Assembly (NCBI GenBank): GCA_951406725.2
Contig: OX597838.1
Location: forward strand, 6,386,001-6,450,000
Length of the DNA stretch: 64,000 nucleotides
DNA from: Octopus vulgaris
Taxonomy: Eukaryota
Direction: 5' to 3'
Positions 28,280 through 43,901 of this stretch are shown here, in pieces; position 1 is the stretch's first letter; every line of letters begins with the position of its first letter. The notes beneath the pieces were generated by a model. It was not told the DNA's origin and did no database searches. It was given only the letters and a program-made list of their open reading frames with translations. The translations under genes and the position numbers were made by a program.

Positions 28280-28400
28280 AATTATTATTAGTAGTAGTAG
28301 TAATAATAGTAGTAGTAGAATTAGTAGTAGTAGTAGTAGTAGTAGTAGTGGCTGTGGTGGTGGTGGTGGTGGTGGTGGTGATGGGGGTGGTGTTAGTGGT
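27877..28400. repeat. Compound (AGT)n/(AGC)n/(GGT)n trinucleotide region
   Basis: Interleaved triplet runs. They generate the poly-L/T/S/P ORFs in the track. Confidence 0.95.
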
Positions 28401-30996
28401 GGTTTTGGCACTGGCAGTGGAAATTTTCCATGGTGTCTCTTTTTTTTATGGCGAGCTTCTCCGCACACTGTTCGTATATGGTTGTTGTAACTAATGTAGT
28501 GGGATAATTAAGATATGCTTTACGGTATTCGACACGTTTGTATGGTTTTCTTTGTAGCTAAGGAGATTGTAATTGATTAAAATATTTATATGTTGCAGTT
28601 TGCAATGAGTTTGTAGCGACGTGCTTGTTGTAACGAATCAGTCAAAATTTTTTAACCAAGACTATATTGTTTCATGCGTGTCTCTCTCTTGTAATGTTTC
28701 TACCGTTCGAAATTCTGCTAATATTTGCTGTTATAAGATCATTGCTACCATTGAGATTATAGTGTTTGCTCAATATGTTTGATGAAGATGACTTAGAAAT
28801 GGGATGCTATCGCTGCTGCTTTCATACATATGGTCACTTAAACAAGGACGTCGATGATCAAACGTGTAGATATGTTGTAATTTTCAAAATGAAGATATAC
28901 TGTATTTTCCTTCATTGAAGTTGTAGTGTAAACATTTAAACGTTGTTATTATATTTTCAAATCTTACTGGGTTTTGCATGGATTCTTCGGAATATGGTGT
29001 ACTAAATTCCTATTGGTATGTTAGTCCACCTACCATATTTGACAGTGAATTTTGGTCTGAAATATTTGAAATATATAAAGTTGTATTAAATACGAACGAA
29101 AAATATGGTACATGTATTGAAGTATGCGTTTGTACATGAATTTCTATAAATGAAACGTTACTTCAACACTCTACTAATGAACGTAATTTCAAGGTGAATC
29201 CGAAGGCAAAAGAAAAGTAGAACGTATTTTATTTTCCGCCGATTTAGAATAAAGTGTAAACTTTTAAATATCATTGTAATCTTTCCAGGTCCTGATGGAC
29301 TTCAAATGTAATTTTGAGTCTTGGAAACTCGTCGCGATATATAAATTGACCAACATCTTTTGGGGGTAAATTTTGGTTTGAAAATGTTTACATGCGTTCT
29401 TGAATATTCGGCAGTAGCTTCTAAGTGTCCAACCTTATATTTACATGACAGCAACGGGAACCACTGCCACCACAACATCCATACCACATACCACATCCAT
29501 ACTCTATCACAATGGTATGATGCTGTAATACTGGTGAAGTTATCATCATGTTGTAATAAGGGCAGTTGCATAAGAGTTATATATGAGTGCGTGGGGGATG
29601 TGTGTGTACATATATACACGTGTGTGTGTGTTTGTGTGTGCGCGTGCTTGTGCTGGCAGTTGTGATAATGTTATCGAATTGATAGTGAACATGGAAGTTT
29701 ATAATCTGTTTGTTGTGGCTAAAGTATTAATATCTGTTCGTGGCTGTGCATATCGTTGATTCTATCATAGATTAGTGTTAAGATGTAATCTTCAAATGAA
29801 AGTTTAATTCTTGACATCTTTCTTCAAATACAATGATATCATTCATATTAACGTAATAGAATAATATCCATAAATAAACGTATCTTATATCTTGCTTTCA
29901 TGTCCAACATCATTCTTTGAATGTATGTCACATACATATTGTCTAACACATATCGAAAATCCGAACGTATATTTTAGAATTCAACGTAGGGAAGATGTTT
30001 TAAAAATATACTGGTGAAATAAAAGTTATTTAGATTTTTTTAAAAATATGGATCGAGATCGAATTTAAATTGTAGATAACATTTGTGTTCTTTCTTTCAC
30101 AAAACGGCTACTACTCGTGTATACGTTTGGATGATCATCCGATGATCTGGATAAACGACGACAGCTAAAGCACTGTTTACTTTAGATTCTTGGAACAAAG
30201 CAATATTTAAAATGTGGCTCAGACATTTTCTATGTATTTGCATCATAAATGCGCTGCGTTAACAGGGTATATATAGTACTTAAATTTGGATGTTGAAAGA
30301 TGTTTGTGACTGGAAAATTTATGATACTTATGAGCTGATCATAAATGGTGCATAAGCTTGGATACAACCGATATTAAAAGACGGATAACTAGTAATCTTC
30401 ATGTTTGGATCAACAATGATTACGGGTGTATCCATTAAAATTATTATTCTGTTATATATAAATCATGTCATCCTTATAGATGTGATGACAACCGATGATC
30501 AAAGATAGCTCAGTGAGGATCAATGATAATGATCATCCAGGGATTAAAATAGTTTAAAGTTCGTGGAATCAGAATGCTGACTATGGCAAGAAAAGCAATC
30601 ATATTTGCAAGCATATTGAAAAATTATGTCTATTTGTTAGATCACTAACGATTATATACATGGATAACATAGAGATTTGTTTCCTCTGGAATTGACTTTT
30701 CCATGAGTTACGGATGGAGGTATAGCTATGGTGTTAAACATTTCACTCCATAACTTCTTGCTTACAAATTAGAAACATATGTGCTGCCTCCCGAGCGAAA
30801 ACGTGGTTTTACAGTTTGATGTCTGGCAGCCATGACTGTGTTCTGTTTGTTTGGTATGCTGTTGTCAGACATAGTGCCTTCCAGCAGCCCCCACTGGTAG
30901 GGTGAATTGCGTCATGGTGGTGTTGTTTTTTCTCACAGACGGTGACCAAGCACCCCCACAATACTCTGTAGGCGACAAATTCAAGAACAAACAATT

Positions 30997-31057
<61 letters not shown>

Positions 31058-31066
31058 ATATATATA

Positions 31067-31272
31067 GTGAATCCAAACAGAGCGAAATAAATAAGAAAAA
31101 AAAGCAATGCCGCTAGGACGTTGTACAAGTACTGTATTATCAGACGCTCAGGATAAGAAGGAAATATGATTTAACGTTTCAAGCAAAGCTCTTCTTCAGA
31201 AATAGAGGAGAATCCATAGGAAGGGAAGATGGGGAAATAAAATCGCCAACCATACACACGTCGCTACATTTT
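31067..31272 (-). mobile_element. Hammerhead mini-element family HH-C
   Basis: Reverse complement aligns end to end with 39731-39939. Both start AAAAT...CGTGTGTA..GTTGGCGATTTT and end GATT(C/A)AC-(TA)n. Confidence 0.8.
31169..31203 (-). ncRNA. Minimal type-I hammerhead motif (HH-C), core intact
   Basis: ATTT-CTGAAGA-A-GAGC-TTT-GCTT-GAAA-CGTT-AAAT. Stem I ATTT/AAAT, stem II GAGC/GCTT, palindromic stem III ACGT, GUU triplet. Confidence 0.72.
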
Positions 31273-32246
31273 CATATATATATTTACATACATGTATAAA
31301 TACGTGGTGGGTGCGTCTGTATACGTATGAATATACATGCGTGGATTATTTATGCGTGAATGTGTGTGTGTATGTATGTGAATATGTTTATACAAAGTAG
31401 GTGCGTTTTAGGGAAAGAAATGCTAAAGCCCAATACTCGATTAAGTGTAATAACAAAAAAGTATTCAAATTATGTAATTTTAGTGAAAATAATCTGAACG
31501 AAAACACTTGAAAGTCAAGAACAAAACAAGAGTTAGTTCAACCAATGAAGTTTGGAAGACAACAAAACTGTAAAAGTAAATAGAATTTATGATGTGTATA
31601 TATACATGCCATAATACGTGCATATTTTTCCACAATGATATTTGTGTTTCCGTAACACACATCCTTCTTAAGTTCAGGCGCAACAGAAACTTTTTCAGTT
31701 GGTTTGGGGAGAAGAAATAACTCCTCACCTTGTATTATAGTGCAAGCCAGACGTAGCTTCAGGCAGGAATAATTTGTTATCTAAGGATAGAAATTTACAA
31801 ATAGACAAATAAACATTGAAATATTGTAAACAGTTAAATAATAGAGTCATATCTCAATCGATTAATTAAAGAAGACAATATATGTATATACACTATTTTA
31901 ATGTAGCGAATGAATAAATTAGATCGATATGAAACGGAATTCGCCTCGAAGCGCTAATTCAGAATTTCGGAAATTTGATGTCTTCTATACACTTCTACTT
32001 GTGTTTATTTTAATATAATCCACTTGTGTATTACCACGTATTCGATTCGAGAACAATAGAATAAGATGTTTTTTTTTCTCTTTACTGAAAATACACTCAT
32101 AATTAAATGTATAAACCATACAAATTCAAATGTATAGACATATATATATATATATATATATGTCAATTTAAATGTGCCTTTATACACACACACACACACA
32201 CACACAAAAGACACACAGGTACATATATATATATATATACACATAG

Positions 32247-32280
<34 letters not shown>

Positions 32281-32506
32281 AATTCCCTCTGCATGCGTGT
32301 GTGTGCATGTATTTGTGTATGTGTATGTATGAATGTATGTGTTGACTCTTTTTTAAACTTCATTCTGCGTGTTTCATTTTCAATATTCTACTTATCTATA
32401 ATTATTCTTATCTTCATATCATTTGATCATGCTGTTTTTCTCATCTTCCTTGCTTTCTCACGCACACACACGTTCTCTCTCCCCTTCACTCCTCTCTCTA
32501 TCTCTG

Positions 32507-32547
<41 letters not shown>

Positions 32548-32553
32548 ATAATG

Positions 32554-32596
<43 letters not shown>

Positions 32597-32741
32597 TAAT
32601 AATAACAATAATATTAATAATAATAATATTAGGGAGTATAAAATATATTTTATAAAAAATATATTTTATTTGATATTTATGTTTAGCTTTATGTTTATCA
32701 TTGTTTGAATTGCAGAATAGTGGCTTTATCTCTCTCTCTCC

Positions 32742-32817
<76 letters not shown>

Positions 32818-33242
32818 CATATTTACTTTTCTAATACTCAACCATTTCCATTTCTGTGCGAGTTATGTGTAGGATTGAGTAAGAGAAAGCGAGTCAAAAC
32901 ACGTTGCTGTAAACAAACTCCTATAAAAAAATATATATATATACACACACACTAAACTCTTGAGGTTTGTTATGGATCTGTGTTATTGAAAAATATATGT
33001 TTTACGTTAATTAATAAAAAATTGATTCATCCACACATATCATTGTAGTTTCAATGACGTAAATTACCTAGGTTATGGACATGTTTTACTACGTCCGTAA
33101 TAATTCTAAATGCTTGCCTAGTCTGCAGCAGTTCATGAGCAGGAATTGTTACAATGAGGATAATATGTGAGGTAGAAACACGTAACTACAGCTGTTCTCT
33201 GATTTTCAGAAAAATCAAACTGCATCTGTTATTGAATTTTTA

Positions 33243-33625
<383 letters not shown>

Positions 33626-34105
33626 TGTTTATAATATTTACAGATGCGAAAGATGATTTATTGTTGTTTTAATAAATCCTTACTTCAAAACGTGTCTCAA
33701 TACGAGATCTCGTTCACCTCACAGAATTTCCCAGCTCTATAAATAAAACTGTTTTTGGATTCAAATCATTCGCCATAGTAAAACACGCTGCTCTGTGTTT
33801 ATGGCCTTGTAAAATATAAAAGAATGAGTGATATTTCTACATAACATTATTCCTGAGATTAAAGGTGACAGTTAAAATAGCAATCGATATACTGAAGATG
33901 AAAACGTTTATAGTAACAAAGCTTAACCGGAATGAAAGTACACAACTAGATGGGTAGGGTATTAATTTTAAGAGTTATGTATATAAAGACGACGAGGATA
34001 TAAAAAAATGTAAGCCATGAGCAAAACGTATATTTATGGAAGCAACGTTGTACGAGGCTATGAATGATTTCTTAAGTGGTCACGATATTGTTCTTTCATG
34101 TCTAA

Positions 34106-34290
34106 TCTTTTACTTGTTTCAGTTATTGGAATGCGACCGTGTTTGGGAACCGCCTTACGACGTTTACTCGCACAAATCTATATCATTATTTGTTTCAATT
34201 TTTAAGCTTTTTGGCGAACTTTAAGTTACGTAAACCTACGCAAAATATATAGAGATTATGGGACAAACGCGAATCCAAACACGCACACTT
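34106..34290 (-). mobile_element. Diverged SINE group D, 3' half
   Basis: CTTTTACTTGTTTCAGTTATTGGAATGCGACC resembles the reverse complement of the D tail. Confidence 0.55.
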
Positions 34291-34320
34291 ATTCATACAA
34301 ATGCATTCAAACATAAATTC

Positions 34321-34458
34321 AGAAGAAGAAGAAGAAGAAGAAAAAGAAGAAGAAGAAAAGAAGAAGAAGAAAAAGAAGAAGAAGAAAAGAAGAAGAAGAA
34401 AAAGAAGAAGAAAAGAAGAAGAAGAAAAAGAAGAAGAAAAAGAAGAAAATTACTATTA

Positions 34459-34495
<37 letters not shown>

Positions 34496-34530
34496 CATTA
34501 TTATTATTATTATTATCATTATTATTATTA

Positions 34531-34568
<38 letters not shown>

Positions 34569-34569
34569 T

Positions 34570-34614
<45 letters not shown>

Positions 34615-34632
34615 TAATTATTATGATTATTA
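34321..34632. repeat. Compound (GAA)n-(ATT)n-(AGT)n microsatellite
   Basis: Three consecutive triplet tracts. Confidence 0.95.
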
Positions 34633-35135
34633 TACACACAAATATACACATACGCACACAAACACATATATATATAAACACTCATATATTCATATATCAT
34701 TATCTTCCAATATATACACATCGATCCTATAATACTTAGTATTTCTTTTTTTTTTTGCTCTTTCTTCTTAGTTGCATGCGAAAACAATGTTAACATTCAT
34801 TTACATAACAAGTGCAATGAATTATAATAGAATCCGTTCATAACCTCCGTTCATATCGATATTTCGAATTATCTCCTGCTTTACGCAAGCATTGTTTGTA
34901 CTTAGTATGGTGTATTCTTATCAAATTCAACTAAAACAATTCTACCTAATTAACAACGATGTTACAATTATGCATTGTTTCGGAGGTCTACATGTGATTG
35001 TATCTTTTTACAATTTGTTAATTCACTTCACAAATGTAGATGAGGTAGACTTTCACTCCTTTAGATTTTGCTTCTCTCACTGAAGCATACAGTCACATAC
35101 AATCATTATAATACTAAGAATGTACATACATATAT

Positions 35136-35168
<33 letters not shown>

Positions 35169-35336
35169 TATATATACATACATATATACATATATATATA
35201 TACATATATATGTATATATACGTATACATATATACATATATATGTATATATATACGTATACATATATACATATATATACACGTATATATGTATATAAATA
35301 CACACATATATATATATATGTATGTATGTATATACA

Positions 35337-35404
<68 letters not shown>

Positions 35405-35530
35405 CATACAACACAATGATTTATACATCATTTAAGCACCTGTGTAGTTATCTATATAAGTAAATATATTCAAGAATATATATATATTTCCATAGATAGA
35501 TACTTAGATAGATAAATAGATATATAGATA

Positions 35531-35594
<64 letters not shown>

Positions 35595-36141
35595 CAGGGA
35601 TAGATGGATGGATGAATGGATGGATGGATGGATGGATAGATAGACAGATAGATGAATTCATACATACATACATGCATACATACATATATAGAATTCTCAT
35701 AGATATATTCATATGTATTTGAGTGCATGCGTGCGTGCGAGCCTCGTCTCATTAATGTTAGAACTCTGTCCGTGTCGCATCTTCCCTAATCCGTGAAGAC
35801 AATCGCAATCCGGCACCACCGATTTTCGCTTTAAAAATCATTAAATCCACACGCACGCACATGCACGCAAAATCCTCCCCGCCTCATTTGTTTTTAAAAT
35901 TCTGTTTATATTTGATTCAACGTTACGCCATCTTCATGCAATCATTAAAATGATCTTACAAGATCACGTTTTTAATTATTTTGTGATTGATTCTTAGGTG
36001 GTATTATTATCGATGACCGTACTTAACTAACGAGGAAACGAAGGTAGACGAAGTTGAACCTTATCGAAAATAAGTTTGAGGAAAGACGATCCAAGTTTAA
36101 CCATTTCGACTTTTCAAACATATCTTAATCTATTCACTCGA

Positions 36142-36524
<383 letters not shown>

Positions 36525-36599
36525 GGTTAAACTGTCGCCATTTTATTTTTTATTTAGTGCATGCGCATTGTTTGTTTTTGATTTGGTAGACTACACATT

Positions 36600-37371
36600 A
36601 CTGTAGGATCAATTGGGTACGGACTGCGAGAGAAACAGCCCCACCCCGTCCCACAGTTCACTTTCCCCGAAATTTAGAAAAGACGCGCTGTCCTACATGG
36701 CATTTACGTCGGAAGCTTCGATACGAACTGATGGTGAATACACAAAACAACTGTTGGTTTGCTGTCTCTCAAAGACATGTACCGAGAGTGATACAAATCT
36801 AACATCCAGTTAACATCAGAATGTTTGGAGTGATCACTGGTGGTAGCGACATTATGTCACAATTCATGTTCCCACAGGGCCTCAGAATCTTATGCGGAGG
36901 CCTACCTCAAATGCCTGGAACGGGTAGGGCGGCCCTGCGTCAAGAGGGTAGGTACTGGCAACAGGTTTCTGCACCATTCCACCCAAGGAGGGGATCCCAG
37001 TCATGGCCGTTAGAACATTCCTGCGACCACATCGCCACTAACATCTCGCGGCTTAACCTCCCCAAGACCGCAACCCATTTAGATTATTATGTGTGGGGCA
37101 CAAAACTCCTTGTGTCACCAAAGATGAACTGAAGGCAGGGATTAAGGCAGCATTCATAAACTTAAACAAGAAGCCTGTCCAAAAGACTCGCAGGAATTAC
37201 GGATGTTGCCTGGATGCCGTGCTTGAAATCAATGGCAATTTTATCAAATTTTTTCTTTAGTATTTGTAAGTATTTTTAGGTAATTCTCATAATTATATCT
37301 GTTAAAATGAAATGTCAGTATTATTTTCATTTTTGCGTAATTCAGACGCCAGTTTATTCACTGTACCCTCT
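36600..37371 (+). mobile_element. Decayed Tc1/mariner-superfamily transposon, maT (DD37D)-like
   Basis: Translation gives MFGVITGGSDIMSQFMFPQGLR...YWQQVSAPFH (QQD.AP.H motif)...HLDYYVWG (NPLDY.VWG motif), then in another frame KDELKAGIKAAFINLNK...CLDAVLEINGNF. TIR-like end TTTATTCACTGTACCCTCTG. The left boundary is approximate. Confidence 0.8.
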
Positions 37372-37418
37372 GGATCTGTCTGTCCGTCTCTCATTCTCTC
37401 TCTCTGTCTCTTTATATA

Positions 37419-37511
<93 letters not shown>

Positions 37512-38038
37512 ACAGAAGAAGAACGAGAGAGGAAAAAGACAAAGTGTGAGGCACAAACACGTGTATATTAAATATCGTTCACACAATCACACGCTCACAC
37601 GCACACACTCACACACACACGCTTATATATTCAGATACAGACGAACTGAAGTCAAATAAAAATACTTTGAAACACAAAGCGGGGAAGATAGGCATATTGA
37701 CTTTCAACACAGAAATAACAATGTCAGACATGTATAGAAATGTAGAAAATTATGAAAGAGAGTAAGTGATGAGATGATCGGCTTTGAAAAACCATACAAT
37801 ACACCTCCTACGAATATAATTATATGTTAGTTCAGCACCTGCTCTCTTGTTAACCTTTAGTCTCGTAATAATTATATATTTATGAATGCAGTCAGTGTTG
37901 GTGTATAAGAATGATTTATACATACCTACATACGTATGGACAACTATGTTTAAATCTATGTATGTATGTATGTATGTATGTGTGAATGTATATGTGTGTG
38001 ATGGTACGCACATAGTATTCACACGCGCATATATATCT

Positions 38039-38101
<63 letters not shown>

Positions 38102-38187
38102 TACAAACATATAATATTTTTGTGAGAGCTTGCACGTGCTCTGTGGGTATTCATATATATATATACATTAATATAAATATATATATA

Positions 38188-38234
<47 letters not shown>

Positions 38235-38287
38235 ATAGATAGATAAATAGATAGATACACACACGCACACACACATATACACACACT

Positions 38288-38345
<58 letters not shown>

Positions 38346-38442
38346 TATATATATATGTGTGTGTGTGTATCATGTATGTATATATATAAAGATATACGAA
38401 AATATATTTATGTATATCTATCTAACTATATATCTATGTGTA

Positions 38443-38510
<68 letters not shown>

Positions 38511-39306
38511 CATATATAGATATATATGTAGATATATATATATATAGACATACATATATATATATATATGTGTGTGTGTGTATGTGTTTATATAAATACG
38601 TATGTATGCATAGTTACATAAATGTAGGAATAATTATTGTATGTATATGTGTATACATACACTCTCAAAGAGACGGTCACATATAGAACGTGAAAGCAAA
38701 CCAATGAACGGTGGAGAAGGACGTGCTTGTGCTTTTTTTGATTTCTTGATTTTCAGTGTTACCTGTTGCGTTGGTGAGTGCGTATATCCTCGTGAGGATT
38801 TTTCTGTATTTTACCCCGTTATTTTATGTACATTTTTATCATATGAATGATATTCTTCATAACTGTTGCCGATTTAAATATGAACGTATACAGGCTTTTA
38901 GTTAAATTCATTTATATTATTATGCATGAATATCTTTTATAAATTTTGTTCTACGTTTTTTGTCAATTTGAAGCACAACATTGTTACGCCATTTTATTGG
39001 AATCTCACAACATTTCTACTCGAAACTTTTCGTAGCCAATGAATTTTTATGCATACTTTTATCGTATCATAGTTGCATCATATACAAACACACACGCACA
39101 CACAATCAAACACATATACACAGACACACAAACGCTCACACTCACAAGCAGAGACGCCCACATATCGATATATACATATATATAAATATACATATGTATT
39201 TATACATGCATGTCTCTATGCCTGTGGGTATTTATGTATCTGTGTATGTATACCTACATAGTTATATATATATAAATAAATATATATATATATATATATA
39301 TAACAC

Positions 39307-39358
<52 letters not shown>

Positions 39359-39504
39359 ACAAGTAATTTTTTAATTCTCTCTGTTTATTATTTTCTCGTA
39401 TTTATTTCATTAGGTGGGCGTAAAATCCAAACGTAAAACAGCGTCAAACTAATACACATCTGCCTATTTGTCAGTAAATTTCAACTACACACACACACTC
39501 GCAC

Positions 39505-39545
<41 letters not shown>

Positions 39546-39555
39546 AATATATATA

Positions 39556-39686
39556 AAAATCAGGGGGTGAAAAAATTGAATATTAATTAATAACATCAAT
39601 TTCAACACCAAGTGGCCTAGCGTATAAAAGACTGAGATTCAGTAAATATCATTAATATAAAGCAATAAGAGAGGATCCACTCTTTT
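39556..39686 (-). mobile_element. (TA)n-flanked short element related to 57586-57716
   Basis: Reverse complement shares CTTATTGCTT.TATTA, CTTTTA.A.GC, ACTTGGTGT, AATTGAT and TTCACCC in the same order. (TA)n on both sides. Confidence 0.55.
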
Positions 39687-39730
39687 ATATATATATATAT
39701 ATGCATGTATGCATGCATGTATGTATGTAT

Positions 39731-39935
39731 AAAATATGACTTCGTGTGTACCGTTGGCGATTTTTTCCTCTGTCTTCCCTTCTCTGGCTCTTTTCTTCCC
39801 CTATGTTTCCGACAAAGAGCTCCGCCCGAAACGTTAAGCCCTCCTTCTTTCCTTCTTTCCTGAGCGTCCAATAATACTATATTTGTTCCACGTCCTCGCG
39901 TTGTTGTGTTTTCTCTTGTTGTTTCTTGTTTAGAT

Positions 39936-39939
<4 letters not shown>
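39731..39939 (+). mobile_element. Hammerhead mini-element HH-C (degenerate ribozyme at 39805-39839)
   Basis: GTTT-CCGACAA-A-GAGC-TCC-GCCC-GAAA-CGTT-AAGC. Homologous to 31067-31272. Ends at (TA)n. Confidence 0.75.
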
Positions 39940-39980
<41 letters not shown>

Positions 39981-40811
39981 AACGCAGGGCTGTAGTGTGG
40001 ACTGTGACTAGCAAGTGTACTCGATAATATTTTAAAGATTAATAAAATTTAATTTTGATTGGATCATTCTCTTTTGCTCCCTTAGTTTCGCCAGTGGGAG
40101 CACTGTGTCTCCAATCAACTTATTGCTCAGTGTCGTAACTTGCCTTAATATCTGCTGCACGGATATGTGAAATGTAGCGTATCTACGAACTGATATATGC
40201 GTAAGGTCGATTTGTGTGGTCGTGTTTATCTCATTTTCTATACTGAAGATACGCTTTCTGTTATGTTTTTGTATTAGCGTTTTCGCATGTCACCGATTTG
40301 TCATTCCTGTACCGAAACATAGTGTTACAAATAGAGTTTTCGTAATTCTGTATTTGTATGGATGCCAAAATTCAGTAGAATGCTAGAATTCGCTGTAACA
40401 TTATTGGACTTATTAATGTATTGTTCATAACTCGATTTGGAAAGGTATGCAGACCACTTAAAGCAAGTTTGTTTTTGTGTTTCCGAACGACAGAAAATGC
40501 GGTGGTAACATTGAAAAGAAGTTTCAAAATGTTTGCTCCTCATTGAATAGAATATTTTTGTGTCAGGTGTCAACGCTAAATTTTAATTGTGCTTATGTTC
40601 GTTTTGTGTAGATGCAATTCCAAATGATAAAATCTACGTGCTATAATGTATTGGCGAATGTGATGAGACCTATCTGACAAGTGTACAGAATCTTTCACAC
40701 AGTACTTGCACCGAACCCAAAATAAAATATTAACCACTCGGCCTAAACAGGCGCGAAACTACATCTAACCTATGGGATCATACCCAGACAGTAATACACA
40801 CACTCTAGGAG

Positions 40812-41448
40812 GGCGGCATGCTGGCAGAATCGTTAGCAAGCCGGGCGAAAATCTTAGCGGTATTTCGTCTGCCGCTACGTTCTGAGTTCAAATTCCGCCG
40901 AGTTCTACTTTGCCTTTCATCCTGTCGGGGTCGATTAAATAAGTACCAGTTACGCACTGGAATCGATATAATCGACTTAATCCGTTTGTCTGTCCTTGTT
41001 TGTCCCCTCTGTGTTTAGCCCCTTGTTGGAAGTAAAGAAATAGGTACTTCGTCTGTCTTTACGTTCTGAGTTCAAATTTCCCCGAGGTCGACTGTGCCTT
41101 TCATCCTTTCATCCTTTCGGGATCAATTAAATAAGTACCAGTTACGCACTGGGTCGATATAATCGACTTAATCCGTTTTTCTTTTCGTGTTTGTCCTCTC
41201 TCTGTGTTTAGCCCCTTGTTGGTAGTAAAGAAATAGGTAGTTCGTCTGTCTTTATGTTCTGAGTTCAAATTCCCCCGTGGTCGACTTTGCCTTTCATCCT
41301 TTGGAGGTCGATTAAATAAGTACCAGTTACGCCTTTCATCCTTTCGAGGCCGATAAGTTTAAATACATGTTGCCTACTGGGGTCGCTCTAATCGATTGGT
41401 CCCCTGCCCCAAAATTTCGAGCCTTGTGCTTGGATTAGAAAGGAATAT
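40812..41448 (+). mobile_element. SINE group A with internal tandem cores
   Basis: One head, three B-box-plus-core units joined at AAAGAAATAG|GTA.TTCGTC, a partial fourth core, and an A1 tail. Confidence 0.88.
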
Positions 41449-41752
41449 ATTAGGGCAGTTTCGAGGAAGGAAACTGTTTTATGGTGGCGAAGCTTCTATT
41501 TCTCTGAATTTCAGAGAAATACCATGAACACATGTAGCACATGCTTCACACTTCCAATACAAGCAAATTAAGGCGTAGCATCGTAAGCAAAGTTCATAGG
41601 AACAGGTTCATAGATGAATTGCTTAGTGGAGACTTACATTAACTTTTCCTACTAAACATTAAGCCATATATACTGATGAGTGTATGCATGTGTGTAGGTA
41701 AATCCGTTGGTATGCAAGCATTTGTATGCATACGTATGGAGGCATATCGCGG

Positions 41753-41793
<41 letters not shown>

Positions 41794-41816
41794 CACATGC
41801 AAACATACACACACGC

Positions 41817-41893
<77 letters not shown>

Positions 41894-42682
41894 CATACAT
41901 ACATACATACATACATACATACATAGACATTCGTTGTGCGAACATGATATCAGATTTCTGTGCATGCATGGTATATATACATGCTTATAGCCAACCACGT
42001 ATATATTATATATATATATATATATGTGCGTGTATATACTTGCGATTGATCTTGTTTCTCTGTGAACATGAAGGAATATAAGTCTATAATTCTATGTATT
42101 TTTAATTAGCATCTTCATAAAGCAGCCTGCTGTATATTCTTCAATTTAGATTGTTTCATATGCAGGAAAGCAACACAACAACAAGAAAACTCGCTGGAAG
42201 TAATGTAAGTAGAGTCTCAGATACAGGAATTAATTTCCGGTTTACTGCAAATGACTTCCTGTCGAATCTATACGAGTCTGTACGGGTAAATGTATAACGA
42301 TATTGTTTCTGCAAAACCTGCAGCCTCACTGTAGTGTTCTGCTGTGACATATTATTTTTCACAACGCACAAAGAAATGAAATACTTCAAGTGTTCTGAAA
42401 TAAAAGATTCTTTATTTTTTTTCTCATCTAAATTCTTCTTTAGTTTTTTGTTATTTTTTTTCAATATTATTTAATATAATAACCACGCATTCACACAAAA
42501 CATGTGCAGACGCACGTTTCTGCAAATACTTCTACATAGAATGCGATACAGGTGTTTATGCACATACATGCATGCAGAGATATATACGTACATACAGGCA
42601 TATGCATATATACATATACACACCCTGACAACATATATGCACATATACGTATATATATATTCTCTTATACACACACGCACCT

Positions 42683-42969
42683 TTGTGTTGGGGGCTCCTT
42701 CGTTTTGGAGATCATCTTGACCTTGTTATCTCCCCTAATTTCCCCTTTCCGTCTGACCATTCTGTCCGAGTCAGACGCCATAATAGATCGTTAGCTACTA
42801 CACACATTTTTTCTTTCCTATTTTTTTCTGTGTACCTTTATGTAGGAGAGCGTAGGTTCGAAACGTAAAATACTTTTTTCTATTTCTGAGCGCTATACTA
42901 CTAATACATCTGTTTGTTTTGTACACCACCTGCCTTTGTCTTTTGTTTATTTTCGTACACTCTCCCTTT
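42683..42969 (+). mobile_element. Hammerhead mini-element HH-B, apparently longer copy (degenerate ribozyme at 42835-42872)
   Basis: CTTT-ATGTAGG-A-GAGC-GTAG-GTTC-GAAA-CGTA-AAAT. Homologous to 13753-13962 from 42776 onward; whether 42683-42775 belongs to the element is not established. Ends at (TA)n. Confidence 0.75.
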
Positions 42970-43066
42970 ATATATATATCATAAGATATATATATATATA
43001 TATATATACATACATGCATACATATATATATATATTTATATATATATATACACATATATACATACA

Positions 43067-43132
<66 letters not shown>

Positions 43133-43672
43133 CACACACACATAATTAAATGAGAACAGGCAAGCAAAACGGACGGTATCATTTTAGCGCCTTTACTTTA
43201 TAATTTAAAATTTAAACAAAGCGCAAACCTGCTACAGTGAATAGGTAAATATTCTTACAGCTGCTTCTAAAATACCTAAGCTTGTGGAGCCTGTGTTATT
43301 GAGCAATTTATCAACGTCATCTACGTATTCCGCCTTAACCAAGTACATTAGTATTTACCAGTGTGTTGAATAATTAATGATTGTTGTAAGTAGAAATACA
43401 AATATATTTTGGTAGCTAATGAAGTCTTTAGAAAAGGATAAAATACTTTTGTAGTTGTATTGATGAAGTATGCAGGAAAATTATAATAATTAGTCGTTAC
43501 GTCATTGAAAATAAAGAACAGGATTTCTGTTTCTGGAAACAGCACACGGCAATATGATGGAAGGATGACAAATGTATGGGCGTTGAAGGTAAAGTGTGGG
43601 CTCTCATGGTATAGGAATTAATAGGATGTATCTACACACAGGTCAGGTGAGTATACATATACATATATATAC

Positions 43673-43737
<65 letters not shown>

Positions 43738-43742
<5 letters not shown>

Positions 43743-43822
43743 GTAATATGCTTTATTACATAAAGCATTCTAGCAAAAACTGTCTGATGAAGGGCAACGA
43801 GAAACTCAGAGTAACAGATTTT
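43738..43822 (+). ncRNA. HH-A fragment with minimal hammerhead (43775-43822) and short fold-backs at its 5' end
   Basis: AAAAACTGT-CTGATGA-AGGGCAACGA-GAAA-CTCAGAGTA-ACAGATTTT. Preceded by TTTATGTAAT/ATTACATAAA and ATGCTTTAT/ATAAAGCAT inverted repeats. TA-rich on both sides. Confidence 0.75.
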
Positions 43823-43834
43823 ATATATTTATGC

Positions 43835-43901
<67 letters not shown>

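Noticed and set aside
30100-30630. Possible very old LINE coding remnants (also 23800-24700 and 48760-48980)
   Set aside because: Only faint motif echoes amid many stops. A profile-HMM search would be needed to support any call.
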